From contig DYLN01000001.1 of the NCBI GenBank assembly GCA_020722085.1, forward strand, positions 1,368 through 65,367: a stretch of 64,000 nt of DNA, written 5' to 3'. The DNA comes from Melioribacter roseus. Its GTDB lineage: Bacteria; Bacteroidota; Ignavibacteria; Ignavibacteriales; Melioribacteraceae. Positions 49,154 through 58,400 of this stretch are shown here, piece after piece. Position numbers and translations under genes: made by a program. The notes beneath the pieces are model-generated. The model saw only the letters and a program-made list of their open reading frames with translations, did not search any database and was not told the origin of the DNA. The stretch's first letter is position 1. Each line of letters starts with the position of its first letter.

Positions 49154-50407
49154 TTACAATGCAAATGAAAGATCGGCACCGAACAAATGAGCTATGTTAG
49201 AATACGTACCGTTAAAATTGAACTTTGAACCTGTAACGTTTCTATCGCTGAAAGTCAATAACATATAAGCAACATCAACGGTTAAATTTTTAGTCAATTT
49301 GTAACCAAACCCAACATTTACACCGATACGATTTGCATCCGGGAGTGTTGGCTCAACATATTCGGTTTTTACAGGATTTCTGTCGTACAATACACCGGCA
49401 CGAAGAGCAAAAACATCAGAAAGTGCGTACTCGCCGCCGGCTCTAATTATAAAAGTATTCTCATAATTTCTATCGATTGACTCAGTGCTCGGACCAGGTG
49501 CTGTAGGGTTGTTAACATTATAGTTTTTGAATGTAATAGATAATTTATCATAACTTGACCACCCTATATACTGGAAATCGGCTCCTAGAGTTAATTCATT
49601 TGTCGGCATATAACCTAATCCAACCGTAATATTTTGTGGTGTTTTTAACGGAGCAGAAATATCTCCGTTTGGGTAAGGAATAAAAATATGGTAAAGCGGA
49701 TGTGTAAATCCTGCGGGTGTACTTGTCGCTGTTCCTTCGAGTTCCCATTTTATTGAACTTCTGTAACTTACACCAATTGAGAATTCTTTGACCGGTTTGT
49801 ATAACAGTCCAGCAGTAAAACCGAAAGCAGTGTTATTGCCTTTTAATTCCGTTTGGAAATCGCCCGCACCAGCATTAGAAATTTGGATTATCTTCACGTC
49901 TCCGTAAGCAATTACAGCACCAACGCTAAGCGAAAACTGATCGGAAAATTTATATGCTACTACAGGTGTAAAAAAGAATGACTTAACATTAGTATCGTAA
50001 GCCAAATATTTACCTGGCCAGCTTACAGGCCATTTAGTTCCAAGCCCATATTGATTGTTAACACCAAGACCAACCGACAAATCGCTGGTAACTTGATAGG
50101 TGACATAAAAATTAAATGGAGTAAACAACTGGCTGTCCATATCAGTTTTAGTAGTTGAAGGAGCAGGCCCGGTAAACGATGCACTAGGTGCAATTAGCGT
50201 AACACCGCCGTAAAAATTTACTCCGCTCAATTGTGTAATACCTGCAGGATTAAAATAGATTGCAGAAGCATCGTTTGCAATGGCAGTGTAGGCACCAGCC
50301 ATAGCCATCGCCCGCGCTCCGTGTTCGTTAATCTGAAATCCTCCGGCGAAAATGCTGCCCGTTAATAAAAGGAAGGATAAAATAATTGGTAGTTGTTTCT
50401 TTTTCAC
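49154..50407 (-). CDS. outer membrane transport protein, OMPP1/FadL/TodX family
   Basis: 417 aa. Signal peptide, GFQINEHGARAMAMAGA start motif, beta-strand-rich, C-terminal aromatic-x-aliphatic ending. GTG start with AGGAGG 5 nt upstream. Confidence 0.85.
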   Translation of the reverse strand: MKKKQLPIILSFLLLTGSIFAGGFQINEHGARAMAMAGAYTAIANDASAIYFNPAGITQLSGVNFYGGVTLIAPSASFTGPAPSTTKTDMDSQLFTPFNFYVTYQVTSDLSVGLGVNNQYGLGTKWPVSWPGKYLAYDTNVKSFFFTPVVAYKFSDQFSLSVGAVIAYGDVKIIQISNAGAGDFQTELKGNNTAFGFTAGLLYKPVKEFSIGVSYRSSIKWELEGTATSTPAGFTHPLYHIFIPYPNGDISAPLKTPQNITVGLGYMPTNELTLGADFQYIGWSSYDKLSITFKNYNVNNPTAPGPSTESIDRNYENTFIIRAGGEYALSDVFALRAGVLYDRNPVKTEYVEPTLPDANRIGVNVGFGYKLTKNLTVDVAYMLLTFSDRNVTGSKFNFNGTYSNIAHLFGADLSFAL

Positions 50408-50420
50408 AGGACCTCCTATT

Positions 50421-50453
50421 GAATTTAGTTTTTATTGCATTGAGAATTTAGTT
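50421..50453. promoter_or_regulatory. 10-nt direct repeat GAATTTAGTT x2 (23-nt register) immediately upstream of the FadL-family gene
   Basis: Exact copies at 50421-50430 and 50444-50453. The proximal copy ends 3 nt from the Shine-Dalgarno sequence. Confidence 0.2.
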
Positions 50454-50480
50454 ATTTGGGCTGTAAAAGAAAACAAAATT

Positions 50481-50981
50481 TTATTCGAAAGTCAGAATTA
50501 TTTCATTCTTCTCAACAGATGTACCTTCTTTTATCATTAATTCTTTTATTGTGCCGGTAATCGGAGATCGTATCTCATTTTCCATCTTCATTGCTTCAAG
50601 CAAAAACAATGGGTCTCCTATTTTAACACTGTCTCCTTTTTGTTTGTTAATTTTTAAAATCAATCCCGGCATGGGTGCTTTAACAACATCGTGTTTATGA
50701 GTTGAACTTTTCTTTTTCAAGATTTCGCTTGCAGCTTCTTCGAGTTTTGTTCTGACATACAATTCATAATAACTGCTGCCGATCAGCAAACCAAATTTAT
50801 CCTTTTCAATTCTGTTATAAGTTATTTCAAAAACTTTGTTGTCAACAATCAATAAATACGATTTATTATCAACTCTACTCAAAACCGCATTATATTCTGC
50901 ACCGTTAATTTTTACCCGCTTGTCGTTTAAAATTCCAACCGATATCTTTTTCCCGTTATATGTGATAACAAATTCATTCAT
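50481..50981 (-). CDS. biotin carboxyl carrier / biotin-lipoyl attachment domain protein
   Basis: 166 aa. EAMKMENEI biotinylation motif. Confidence 0.85.
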   Translation of the reverse strand: MNEFVITYNGKKISVGILNDKRVKINGAEYNAVLSRVDNKSYLLIVDNKVFEITYNRIEKDKFGLLIGSSYYELYVRTKLEEAASEILKKKSSTHKHDVVKAPMPGLILKINKQKGDSVKIGDPLFLLEAMKMENEIRSPITGTIKELMIKEGTSVEKNEIILTFE

Positions 50982-52467
50982 AGTTTTGGCTTAACCATTT
51001 ATCCGATTGATGGTTGTTGTAAACCGGAGATAGTCTAATAAGTTCGTTCTTAATTAATGCTCCGAAAATTGCAGCTATTATTTCATAATTTTGTTCGGTT
51101 TGTTCTTTCCATTTATCAGGTATCAGCGGCATAAATTCCTTCTCGATAAAATTTATTGTAAACGTGCCGTCAATAAAGGAAGGCTGATTAAAAACCCAAT
51201 TAAATGCGGGAATATTTGTAATTACACCAGAAATTTGATATTCGCCAAGCGCCCTCCGCATTCTTTCAATTGCCTCTTCTCTATTTTTTCCCCACGCTGC
51301 AAGCTTGCTTAGCATCGGGTCGTAATAAATTGTGACTTCCGATGCAGCATCAATTCCGGGATCCAATCTAATTCCCGGACCAAGAGGAGGTTTATGATGC
51401 AAAATTTTTCCAATAGACGGGGCAAAGTTGTTGTCAACATCTTCCGCATAAATTCTGCATTCAATTGCATGTCCGTTAATTTGAAGATGGGATTGATCAA
51501 AAGAAAGTTTATTTCCTGCTGCGATATTGATTTGCTCTTTCACTAAATCTATTCCAGTAATCAGTTCTGTCACAGGGTGTTCAACTTGTAAACGTGTATT
51601 CATTTCAAGGAAGTAAAAATTTTTATTTTTATCCATTAAGAATTCGACAGTACCAGCATTGTAGTAATTGCAAGCCTTTGCCGCATTAATAGCTGCATCT
51701 GTTATTTTCCTGCGGGTAATTTCATCTACAAAAGCCGAAGGAGCTTCTTCGATTACTTTTTGATGTCTGCGCTGTACCGAGCACTCTCTTTCAAACAAGT
51801 GAGCATAATTTCCATGTTTGTCTCCAATTATTTGCACTTCGATATGTTTCGGGTCGTCAATTAATTTTTCAAGATACACGTCCGAATTTCCGAATGCTTT
51901 CAGTGCTTCGTTTTTTGCTCTTTCAAATGCCTGCTGCAGTTCATTTTCATTAAAAACTTTTCTCATTCCTTTACCGCCGCCGCCGGCAGATGCTTTCAGT
52001 ATTACTGGGTAACCAATTATCTTAGCTGCTGATTTCGCTTCTTCGATATCAGTCAAAGGTTTCTCGATTCCGGGTACAACGGGTACATTATTTTTTTTCA
52101 TCAGTGCTCTTGCGGCAGTTTTTTCACCCATTAATTCAACCGATTTAGAAGAAGGTCCGATGAATGTAATTCCGGATTTTTCTGCTGCAGAAATGAATTC
52201 AGAATTTTCAGCTAAAAAGCCATAGCCGGGATGAATTGCATCTGCTCCGATTTTTTGTGCAAGTTCTATAATTTTGGGATAATTGAGATAGGATTCGCTA
52301 GCCGGTGAAGGACCTATAAAATACGCTTCATCCGCGTAACGAATGTGCAAAGAATTTTTATCGGCTTCGGAATAAATTGCAGCAGACTTAATTTTCAGTT
52401 CTTTACAGGCTCGTGCAATTCTAACTGCAATTTCGCCTCTATTTGCTATTAATATTTTTTTGAACAT
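50974..52467 (-). CDS. accC: biotin carboxylase (acetyl-CoA carboxylase-type)
   Basis: 497 aa. KILIANRGEIAVRI, ATP-grasp GGGGKGMR, EMNTRLQVEHPVTE. Confidence 0.92.
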   Translation of the reverse strand: MFKKILIANRGEIAVRIARACKELKIKSAAIYSEADKNSLHIRYADEAYFIGPSPASESYLNYPKIIELAQKIGADAIHPGYGFLAENSEFISAAEKSGITFIGPSSKSVELMGEKTAARALMKKNNVPVVPGIEKPLTDIEEAKSAAKIIGYPVILKASAGGGGKGMRKVFNENELQQAFERAKNEALKAFGNSDVYLEKLIDDPKHIEVQIIGDKHGNYAHLFERECSVQRRHQKVIEEAPSAFVDEITRRKITDAAINAAKACNYYNAGTVEFLMDKNKNFYFLEMNTRLQVEHPVTELITGIDLVKEQINIAAGNKLSFDQSHLQINGHAIECRIYAEDVDNNFAPSIGKILHHKPPLGPGIRLDPGIDAASEVTIYYDPMLSKLAAWGKNREEAIERMRRALGEYQISGVITNIPAFNWVFNQPSFIDGTFTINFIEKEFMPLIPDKWKEQTEQNYEIIAAIFGALIKNELIRLSPVYNNHQSDKWLSQNYE

Positions 52468-52469
52468 TT

Positions 52470-54812
52470 TTAGTCAAATTCAACTATGGTAATTCCATCG
52501 CCGCCGCTTTCTATATCCGCAAAATAGTAATTTTTAACATTTTTGTAATGCTTTAGAATTCCATGAACTACTTGCTTTAATGCGCCTGTCCCCTTCCCGT
52601 GAAGTATTTCGATTCTATCCACACCGCTCGCATAAGCTTCATCTAAAAATTTGATTACTTCATATTCCGATTCTTCTGCTCTTTTACCTCTTATGTCGAG
52701 ACGATAACTTAGAAGTTTCGGCTCATAAAGTTTCCTCGAATAATTAACAGCCGGCGGTACCTGCCTGTCTGCAACAGCCAGGTCAGACAATTTTGATTGA
52801 ACTTTTATGCTGCCGATTGTAAGCATTGCCCTGTTTTTCTCTTCATCTATTTCAGAAATTATTCCTACGGCGGCAGTATCTTTTATTGACACATAATCAC
52901 CAATTTTAAAAACTTTTTTTGATCGATCTTTAACTTCAGCCGTATCAACTGCTGAATCTTTTTTCAAGCTTTCAATTTTCTCCCTTTCTTTTTGAATTAC
53001 TTCTTTATCTGCATTTGATTCTCTTATGTTTTTTATTGCTTCTTCAATTTTTTTATTAACATCTTTTAAGTATACCTGAGCTTTTTCTTTTGCTTCGGAA
53101 AGAATTTTATTCTTTTCTTTTTCGAGGGTTTCAATTTTCTGCTGATATAAATTTGCCAATCCTTTCAATCTTGTATTCTCTATTTCAAGTTGATTTAACT
53201 GCTTCCGCAGTTCTTTTGATTTTTGTTCTATTTGTACTAAAAATTCCTCTACTTTGCTTTTATCGGCATCAAGGTATTCCTTAGCCGATTCGATAAATTT
53301 TTTATTGAAACCGATTCGCTGTGCAATTTCGAATGCGTAACTGGATCCGGGCATTCCTTGATGAAATCTATAAGTTGGTTCAAGATTATCGGTATCGAAT
53401 TCCATAGAAGCATTTTCGAAACCATCAAGTTGACTTGCTAGTATTTTCAAACTACCGTGATGTGTCGTTGCAAGTACGCGTGCTTTATTTCGTCTTAAAG
53501 AAAGTAAAATTCCAATTGCAAGTGCTGCGCCTTCAGACGGATCTGTGCCTGTTCCGATTTCATCCAAAAGGACAAAAGATTTTTCATCGGCAGTTGTAAT
53601 TATCTCTTTTATATTAAATAAGTGCGAACTAAATGTGCTAAGATCTTCTTCTATCGATTGCCTGTCACCGATGTCAACTAATATCTGACTAAAAAAATGT
53701 AAATTGGTATCGGCGTGAGCTGGAATGTGAAATCCCGACAGAGCCATAACAAGTAAGATGCCGACAGTCTTTAAAACTACTGTTTTACCGCCGGAGTTTG
53801 GCCCAGTTATTAAAATTATTTTCTGTTCAGTAATTTTCAAATTGAGGGGAACAGTATTTTTAATACCGTTTTTCTTTATTAAGATCGGATGGCGTGCATC
53901 TATAAATTTAAGTGGTTTGTTTTCAAAAAAAGAAGGAAAATTTCCGAGCATTTCTATCGAATATTTTGCGCGGGCAAAATAAGAATCGATTAAAGCAATA
54001 ATATAAAGCGAATCTTTTAATTCGGCATAAACCGATCCGATCTTTTCAGTCAAATTGCGGAGTATCTTTTCAATTTCTCTTTTTTCGGCAAAGCCGAGAG
54101 ATAAAATATCGTTGTTCAGTTCAAGCGTCTCTTCAGGTTCGATATAAACCGTCTGCCCAGTAGAAGATTCCGAATGAATAAATCCTTTCACATGTCTTTT
54201 ATGCTCTGATTTTACTGGCACGACAATTCTGCCGTCGCGCAAAGTAATGTATTCTTCCTGAACTAAATACGAATCGCTGAACTGCTTTAATAATTTATTT
54301 ACAATTTTTCTAAGCGAATTTTCTTTTTCTCTTATTTCATTTCTTATCTCTTTTAATTTTGGGGTTGCATCATCTTTTATTTCACCGCTTTCATTTACTA
54401 CGCGGGTTATATGGTTTTCAAACACTTTATCGACAAATAATTTTTTCGATATATGATAAAGGTCGGGATAATCTTTTTCTTTGTTTTTAAAAAATTGAAC
54501 AATTTTACGGGATGTTTCGGCAAGTGTTAAAACATCGAGAACATTTTTTATTGTTAAAACAGTACCAGCTATTTTACTTTTAGAAATAACTTCCGAAAGG
54601 TCTGGCAGACCGGTTAGCGGCGGGATATCCGTTTTAATGATTATTTCTTTTGCTTGTGTAACTTTCTTTCCTTCATTGATAACCTTATCAATATCATTTA
54701 ACGGTCTAAGATTTAAAGTCAACGATCTTCCGAGTTCGGTGTGGCAGTACTTAGCAGAATATTCGGTTACCTTAAAGAATTCCAGCTTTTCAAGCACTTC
54801 GTTAGAAATCAT
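52470..54812 (-). CDS. mutS2: endonuclease MutS2 (MutS ATPase + Smr domain)
   Basis: 780 aa. GPNSGGKT Walker A, DEIGTGTDP, long coiled coil, C-terminal Smr (LDIRGKRAEE...ILHGKGTGALK). Confidence 0.93.
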   Translation of the reverse strand: MISNEVLEKLEFFKVTEYSAKYCHTELGRSLTLNLRPLNDIDKVINEGKKVTQAKEIIIKTDIPPLTGLPDLSEVISKSKIAGTVLTIKNVLDVLTLAETSRKIVQFFKNKEKDYPDLYHISKKLFVDKVFENHITRVVNESGEIKDDATPKLKEIRNEIREKENSLRKIVNKLLKQFSDSYLVQEEYITLRDGRIVVPVKSEHKRHVKGFIHSESSTGQTVYIEPEETLELNNDILSLGFAEKREIEKILRNLTEKIGSVYAELKDSLYIIALIDSYFARAKYSIEMLGNFPSFFENKPLKFIDARHPILIKKNGIKNTVPLNLKITEQKIILITGPNSGGKTVVLKTVGILLVMALSGFHIPAHADTNLHFFSQILVDIGDRQSIEEDLSTFSSHLFNIKEIITTADEKSFVLLDEIGTGTDPSEGAALAIGILLSLRRNKARVLATTHHGSLKILASQLDGFENASMEFDTDNLEPTYRFHQGMPGSSYAFEIAQRIGFNKKFIESAKEYLDADKSKVEEFLVQIEQKSKELRKQLNQLEIENTRLKGLANLYQQKIETLEKEKNKILSEAKEKAQVYLKDVNKKIEEAIKNIRESNADKEVIQKEREKIESLKKDSAVDTAEVKDRSKKVFKIGDYVSIKDTAAVGIISEIDEEKNRAMLTIGSIKVQSKLSDLAVADRQVPPAVNYSRKLYEPKLLSYRLDIRGKRAEESEYEVIKFLDEAYASGVDRIEILHGKGTGALKQVVHGILKHYKNVKNYYFADIESGGDGITIVEFD

Positions 54813-54815
54813 AAC

Positions 54816-55367
54816 TCACTTATTTTTTAATGTATCAATAAGATCGTTTGAAGAAGAGTTGTCTTTATTTTCTATAAAATCCTTAATAAAATCTGTGGCT
54901 TTAGACCTATGACCTATTACAAAATCAATGGAGTTTGGAATAACGTTATAAACTTTTGAGTATAGTATCGATTTATTTTCAGATGATTTAGACGGAAGAT
55001 TAAAGATATTCAGAAACAATAAAAAACCGCTAAGAAAAAAAACTATTTGAATAACTCCTACAACGCCTCCTAAGAATTGGTTAATAAATCGATTAGTTTT
55101 AACCAAAGGATGAACTATTCTTTTAATAATTGAAGTTATCAGAATAACTATGAGGAATATCAGAATGCCTGCTACTATGTTTGCGAAATACTCATCCTGG
55201 AATACAGGCAAAATAATCAATGCTGCTTTATCAGAAAATTCGAATGCAACTGCAAAAGCTACTATTAATCCGATCAGTCCAATTATTTTTCTTACCAATC
55301 CATCTTTGAAACCAAGCAAAAAACCAATTGCTAAAACTGCTACAATAAAAATGTCTAAATAATTCAA
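54816..55367 (-). CDS. cvpA: CvpA-family membrane protein
   Basis: 183 aa. MNYLDIFIVAVLAIGFLLGFKDGLVRK start typical of CvpA, four TM helices. Sits next to mutS2, as in Bacillus. Confidence 0.75.
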   Translation of the reverse strand: MNYLDIFIVAVLAIGFLLGFKDGLVRKIIGLIGLIVAFAVAFEFSDKAALIILPVFQDEYFANIVAGILIFLIVILITSIIKRIVHPLVKTNRFINQFLGGVVGVIQIVFFLSGFLLFLNIFNLPSKSSENKSILYSKVYNVIPNSIDFVIGHRSKATDFIKDFIENKDNSSSNDLIDTLKNK

Positions 55368-55816
55368 TTAGCGCTCAAAAATTTTTCTACAATTTCTTTT
55401 ATTTGCCTGCCTTCGGCTTTTCCTTTTAATGCTTTTGCAGCAAGCGGCATTAATTTAGGAAAATCTTCTTTCTTATGCGCTCCAATTTCGGCTGCTATTT
55501 TTTTAACTTCGACAAATATCTCTTCGGCGGAAAGCTGTTTAGGAAGGTATTCTTCAATTATTTTCAGCTCTTTTTCTTCTTTCTCTGCAAGGTCGGTTCT
55601 ATTGGCATTTTTATACTGCTCAATAGCTTCTTTTCTTTTTTTAGCTGCAGAAGTGAGCAGATTAATTTCAACTTCTGGAGTTACAACTTTATCTTTACCG
55701 CTTTTTTCAAATTCCAGAATTAAAGCGCGGATGGAGCGTATTGTTTCTGTTCTTAGTTTATCTCCGGATTTAATAGAATTTTTTAAATCGTTATTGATTT
55801 TTTCTATTAAGTTCAT
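55364..55816 (-). CDS. GatB/YqeY-domain protein
   Basis: 150 aa. L..D.K.A.K..D..R...IR pattern and C-terminal GKA.G..IKEIV. Confidence 0.8.
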   Translation of the reverse strand: MNLIEKINNDLKNSIKSGDKLRTETIRSIRALILEFEKSGKDKVVTPEVEINLLTSAAKKRKEAIEQYKNANRTDLAEKEEKELKIIEEYLPKQLSAEEIFVEVKKIAAEIGAHKKEDFPKLMPLAAKALKGKAEGRQIKEIVEKFLSAN

Positions 55817-55825
55817 ATCGACCTC

Positions 55826-55866
55826 AAAAAAAAAGGCAGGCCATTAATTTAATAACCCGCCTTTTT
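55826..55866 (-). terminator. rho-independent terminator/attenuator after the exbBDD genes
   Basis: On the minus strand, AAAGGCGGG (55864-55856) pairs with CCTGCCTTT (55840-55832) with one mismatch, and the T run continues to 55826 (9 T including the stem end). The Shine-Dalgarno GAGGT of the next gene begins immediately after the T run. Confidence 0.7.
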
Positions 55867-55885
55867 ATAAAAAAATTATTATTAA

Positions 55886-56299
55886 TTACAATTTCAGCAA
55901 CGTAGAATAATTGATTCTCAGGCACGAAGCTTTTCTCAATTCCTGCTGTATATCGGTAACTATGCCCATTTCAGAACCTTTGTCAATTCTCAATGAAACA
56001 ATAACATTGGGCAGTGCTACTCTTTTGGAGTACATGATTTTCTCAATATCATTAAGCTTTACAATGCTGTCGTTTACCTGAATTCTTCCATCCCTGCCGA
56101 CCCATATATACGATACCAGCCTTTTATTTTCTATCTTCTCTATTGCTTTAGCTTCCGGAAGTCTGAACTGAACAAGAACATCAACTTCTCTTAATGTAGT
56201 AGTAACCATAAAGAAAAGCAGAAGCATAAACACAATATCTGGCAGAGAGGCGGTAGGGATACTTTGCTTTGTATTGGCTCTTTTTTTCTCGAATTTCAT
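55886..56299 (-). CDS. exbD: ExbD/TolR-family biopolymer transport protein
   Basis: 137 aa. SLPDIVFMLLLFFMVTT TM motif. Confidence 0.88.
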   Translation of the reverse strand: MKFEKKRANTKQSIPTASLPDIVFMLLLFFMVTTTLREVDVLVQFRLPEAKAIEKIENKRLVSYIWVGRDGRIQVNDSIVKLNDIEKIMYSKRVALPNVIVSLRIDKGSEMGIVTDIQQELRKASCLRINYSTLLKL

Positions 56300-56316
56300 T
56301 ATTTAGGTACCCTTAA

Positions 56317-56862
56317 TTATTTTTTCACACTTTCAGGTTCGGCAATACTTATTGTAATAGGAATTTTCTCCTTAAGTTCTTTCATCTCGCCGCTTCTTTC
56401 ATCTAGGTCGACCAACCTTTTGCCCCAGTGCTGAAGCGAATATTCGTTTCTTACATTAAAGTATGCTTGCTTAACCTGATCGAGTGCTTGAATAAATAAA
56501 TTGTAACTTGTTTTTCGGTCTGTTTTAACAGATACAACCAGTTTTTTGTTAGCAGGCTGATCAATTTTGCTTTCAATTCTCGGCTGTAAAGTTTTGGAGA
56601 TTTGCGGAATTGAAATAACCTCGTTATTTAAGAGAACATCACCGTTTTCATTAATTAACAGAGCAGCCAAACGATCTTTTGATATGGGCACAAACTGCTG
56701 TTGCGCCGGAGGAATATATTCGGGTAAAACCAGTCCGATTCCCGTGTCAACATCAATAACCGTAGAAACCAGAAAGAACAAAAGCAGCAAGAACGATATA
56801 TCTGCCATTGAACTGGTTGGAATTTCTGCATCCGGTATTTTACGTTTTTTTATTTGAACCAT
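56317..56862 (-). CDS. exbD: ExbD/TolR-family biopolymer transport protein
   Basis: 181 aa. SMADISFLLLLFFLVST TM motif. Confidence 0.88.
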   Translation of the reverse strand: MVQIKKRKIPDAEIPTSSMADISFLLLLFFLVSTVIDVDTGIGLVLPEYIPPAQQQFVPISKDRLAALLINENGDVLLNNEVISIPQISKTLQPRIESKIDQPANKKLVVSVKTDRKTSYNLFIQALDQVKQAYFNVRNEYSLQHWGKRLVDLDERSGEMKELKEKIPITISIAEPESVKK

Positions 56863-56885
56863 TTTAAAGACTCAATTTTGGGTTA

Positions 56886-57575
56886 TTATTTTTTATTCAT
56901 TTCATATAATGTATCAATCAATTCAATTGAGCTTTCTTCCATATCGGCAACTAGTCGGTCTATTTTGGAAACGAAATAGTTATAGAGTACTTGAAGAATC
57001 ATAGCAACAACAAGACCAAACAAAGTGGTCAACAAAGCAACTGCAATACCACCGGCGACAATTGAAGGAGAAATTTGGGCTGCTTCTTTTATTGCATCGA
57101 ATGCTTGTATCATACCTTGTACTGTTCCTGTAAATCCTAAAAGAGGGGCAAGAGAAATAAAAGTAGAAATCCAAATAAGACCTCTTTCTAAGAATCCCAT
57201 TTCAATAGCGCCGTAAGCCATGATAGATTTTTCTGCTGCTTCAATTCCTTCATCTGCCCTTAGCAAACCGGCATGAAATACCGATGCAATTGATCCTCTG
57301 GTGTTTTCACAAAGTTTTATTGCTTCTGGAACACCGCCGTTTTTAAGTGAGTCTTTTACTTTAACAACAAACTTTTTCGTATTAGTTGTAGCCCTCATTA
57401 ATGTCCAGAACCTTTCGAATGAAAATGCAAGTCCAAAAACCAGACAGCCAAGTATTGGCCACATAAAGATTCCACCTTCGACAAATTTTTGCTGAAGAAA
57501 ACTCAGCACGCCTTGCTCTTGTGTGGCTTGGGCAAAAACAAAGGAAATAAATCCTGAAATCTCTGTAATATGCAT
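56886..57575 (-). CDS. exbB: MotA/TolQ/ExbB proton-channel protein
   Basis: LAPLLGFTGTVQGMIQAF and GGIAVALLTTLFGLVVA motifs. ATG 57575 sits 9 nt after GGAGG and is preferred to the track TTG at 57584, which directly abuts the GGAGG. Confidence 0.9.
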   Translation of the reverse strand: MHITEISGFISFVFAQATQEQGVLSFLQQKFVEGGIFMWPILGCLVFGLAFSFERFWTLMRATTNTKKFVVKVKDSLKNGGVPEAIKLCENTRGSIASVFHAGLLRADEGIEAAEKSIMAYGAIEMGFLERGLIWISTFISLAPLLGFTGTVQGMIQAFDAIKEAAQISPSIVAGGIAVALLTTLFGLVVAMILQVLYNYFVSKIDRLVADMEESSIELIDTLYEMNKK

Positions 57576-57713
57576 AAGAAGCAACCTCCAAAAATTATTA
57601 AATGATTTTTATTTTCGACTTGTTACTATTTTGATAAAAAAAGTTAACGAAGTCTAAGAATTTAGCATAAAAAAGTCAATAAATAATTTTAATCTGATAA
57701 CTGCCTAACTTCA

Positions 57714-58400
57714 TTATTTTATTGTGCCGCCAAGTTTGAAAATATTGCCGTTAATTATTTTATAGTTCTCAAAAATTATATGAACAATACCTACAATATT
57801 TTGTGGTGATATTAATTGAGTTTCATCTTCAATCCATTCCCTGCTTTCTTTTGAATCAATTACATAGGGCGCAGCTGCATTTACGCTTATACTGTATTTT
57901 TTGCTTTCAAGTGCAAGAGTTTCTACCAAATAATGAAGCGCATTTTTAGATGTGCCGTAAGCTGTAATATTTCTCTGCGGCGTAAATCCGCTTAGAGCAC
58001 CGGTAAAGCATATTGACCCTCCTTTTGTATCTTTCACGTTCTGTATAAAATATTTTGAAAACAAAAACGCTGAGTTCAGATTTACATTAAGCATTTTCAA
58101 CCATTCTTCGTAAGGAATATCTTTTGCTTCTTTACCGCCGTAATAACCGCCTACAGTACTGAACAGAAAATAATTGGAGCTGCTCTCAAAGGTAATCTGT
58201 TCAAATGATTTCTTCACTTCGTTTTCATTAGTGAGGTCATCAGCAATAATTTGTTTTATGTTTTTATTGAAACTGCCGGCAATCTCTATTTTTCTTCTTG
58301 AGATTAAATAATATGCATCATAATCTTTTTCAAGAAAGAATTTTACAGATTCAATTCCGAGATTTCCCGAGGCTCCGGCAATGATTAAATTTTTTTTCAT
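57714..58400 (-). CDS. SDR-family oxidoreductase
   Basis: 228 aa. IIAGASGNLGIE glycine-rich NAD(P)-binding motif. YGTSK (YxxxK). Confidence 0.8.
   Translation of the reverse strand: MKKNLIIAGASGNLGIESVKFFLEKDYDAYYLISRRKIEIAGSFNKNIKQIIADDLTNENEVKKSFEQITFESSSNYFLFSTVGGYYGGKEAKDIPYEEWLKMLNVNLNSAFLFSKYFIQNVKDTKGGSICFTGALSGFTPQRNITAYGTSKNALHYLVETLALESKKYSISVNAAAPYVIDSKESREWIEDETQLISPQNIVGIVHIIFENYKIINGNIFKLGGTIK

Noticed and set aside
55886-57575. ExbB-ExbD-ExbD cluster without an adjacent TonB gene
   Set aside because: TonB genes are often unlinked. A terminator follows the second exbD, so the absence of tonB within this window carries no information.
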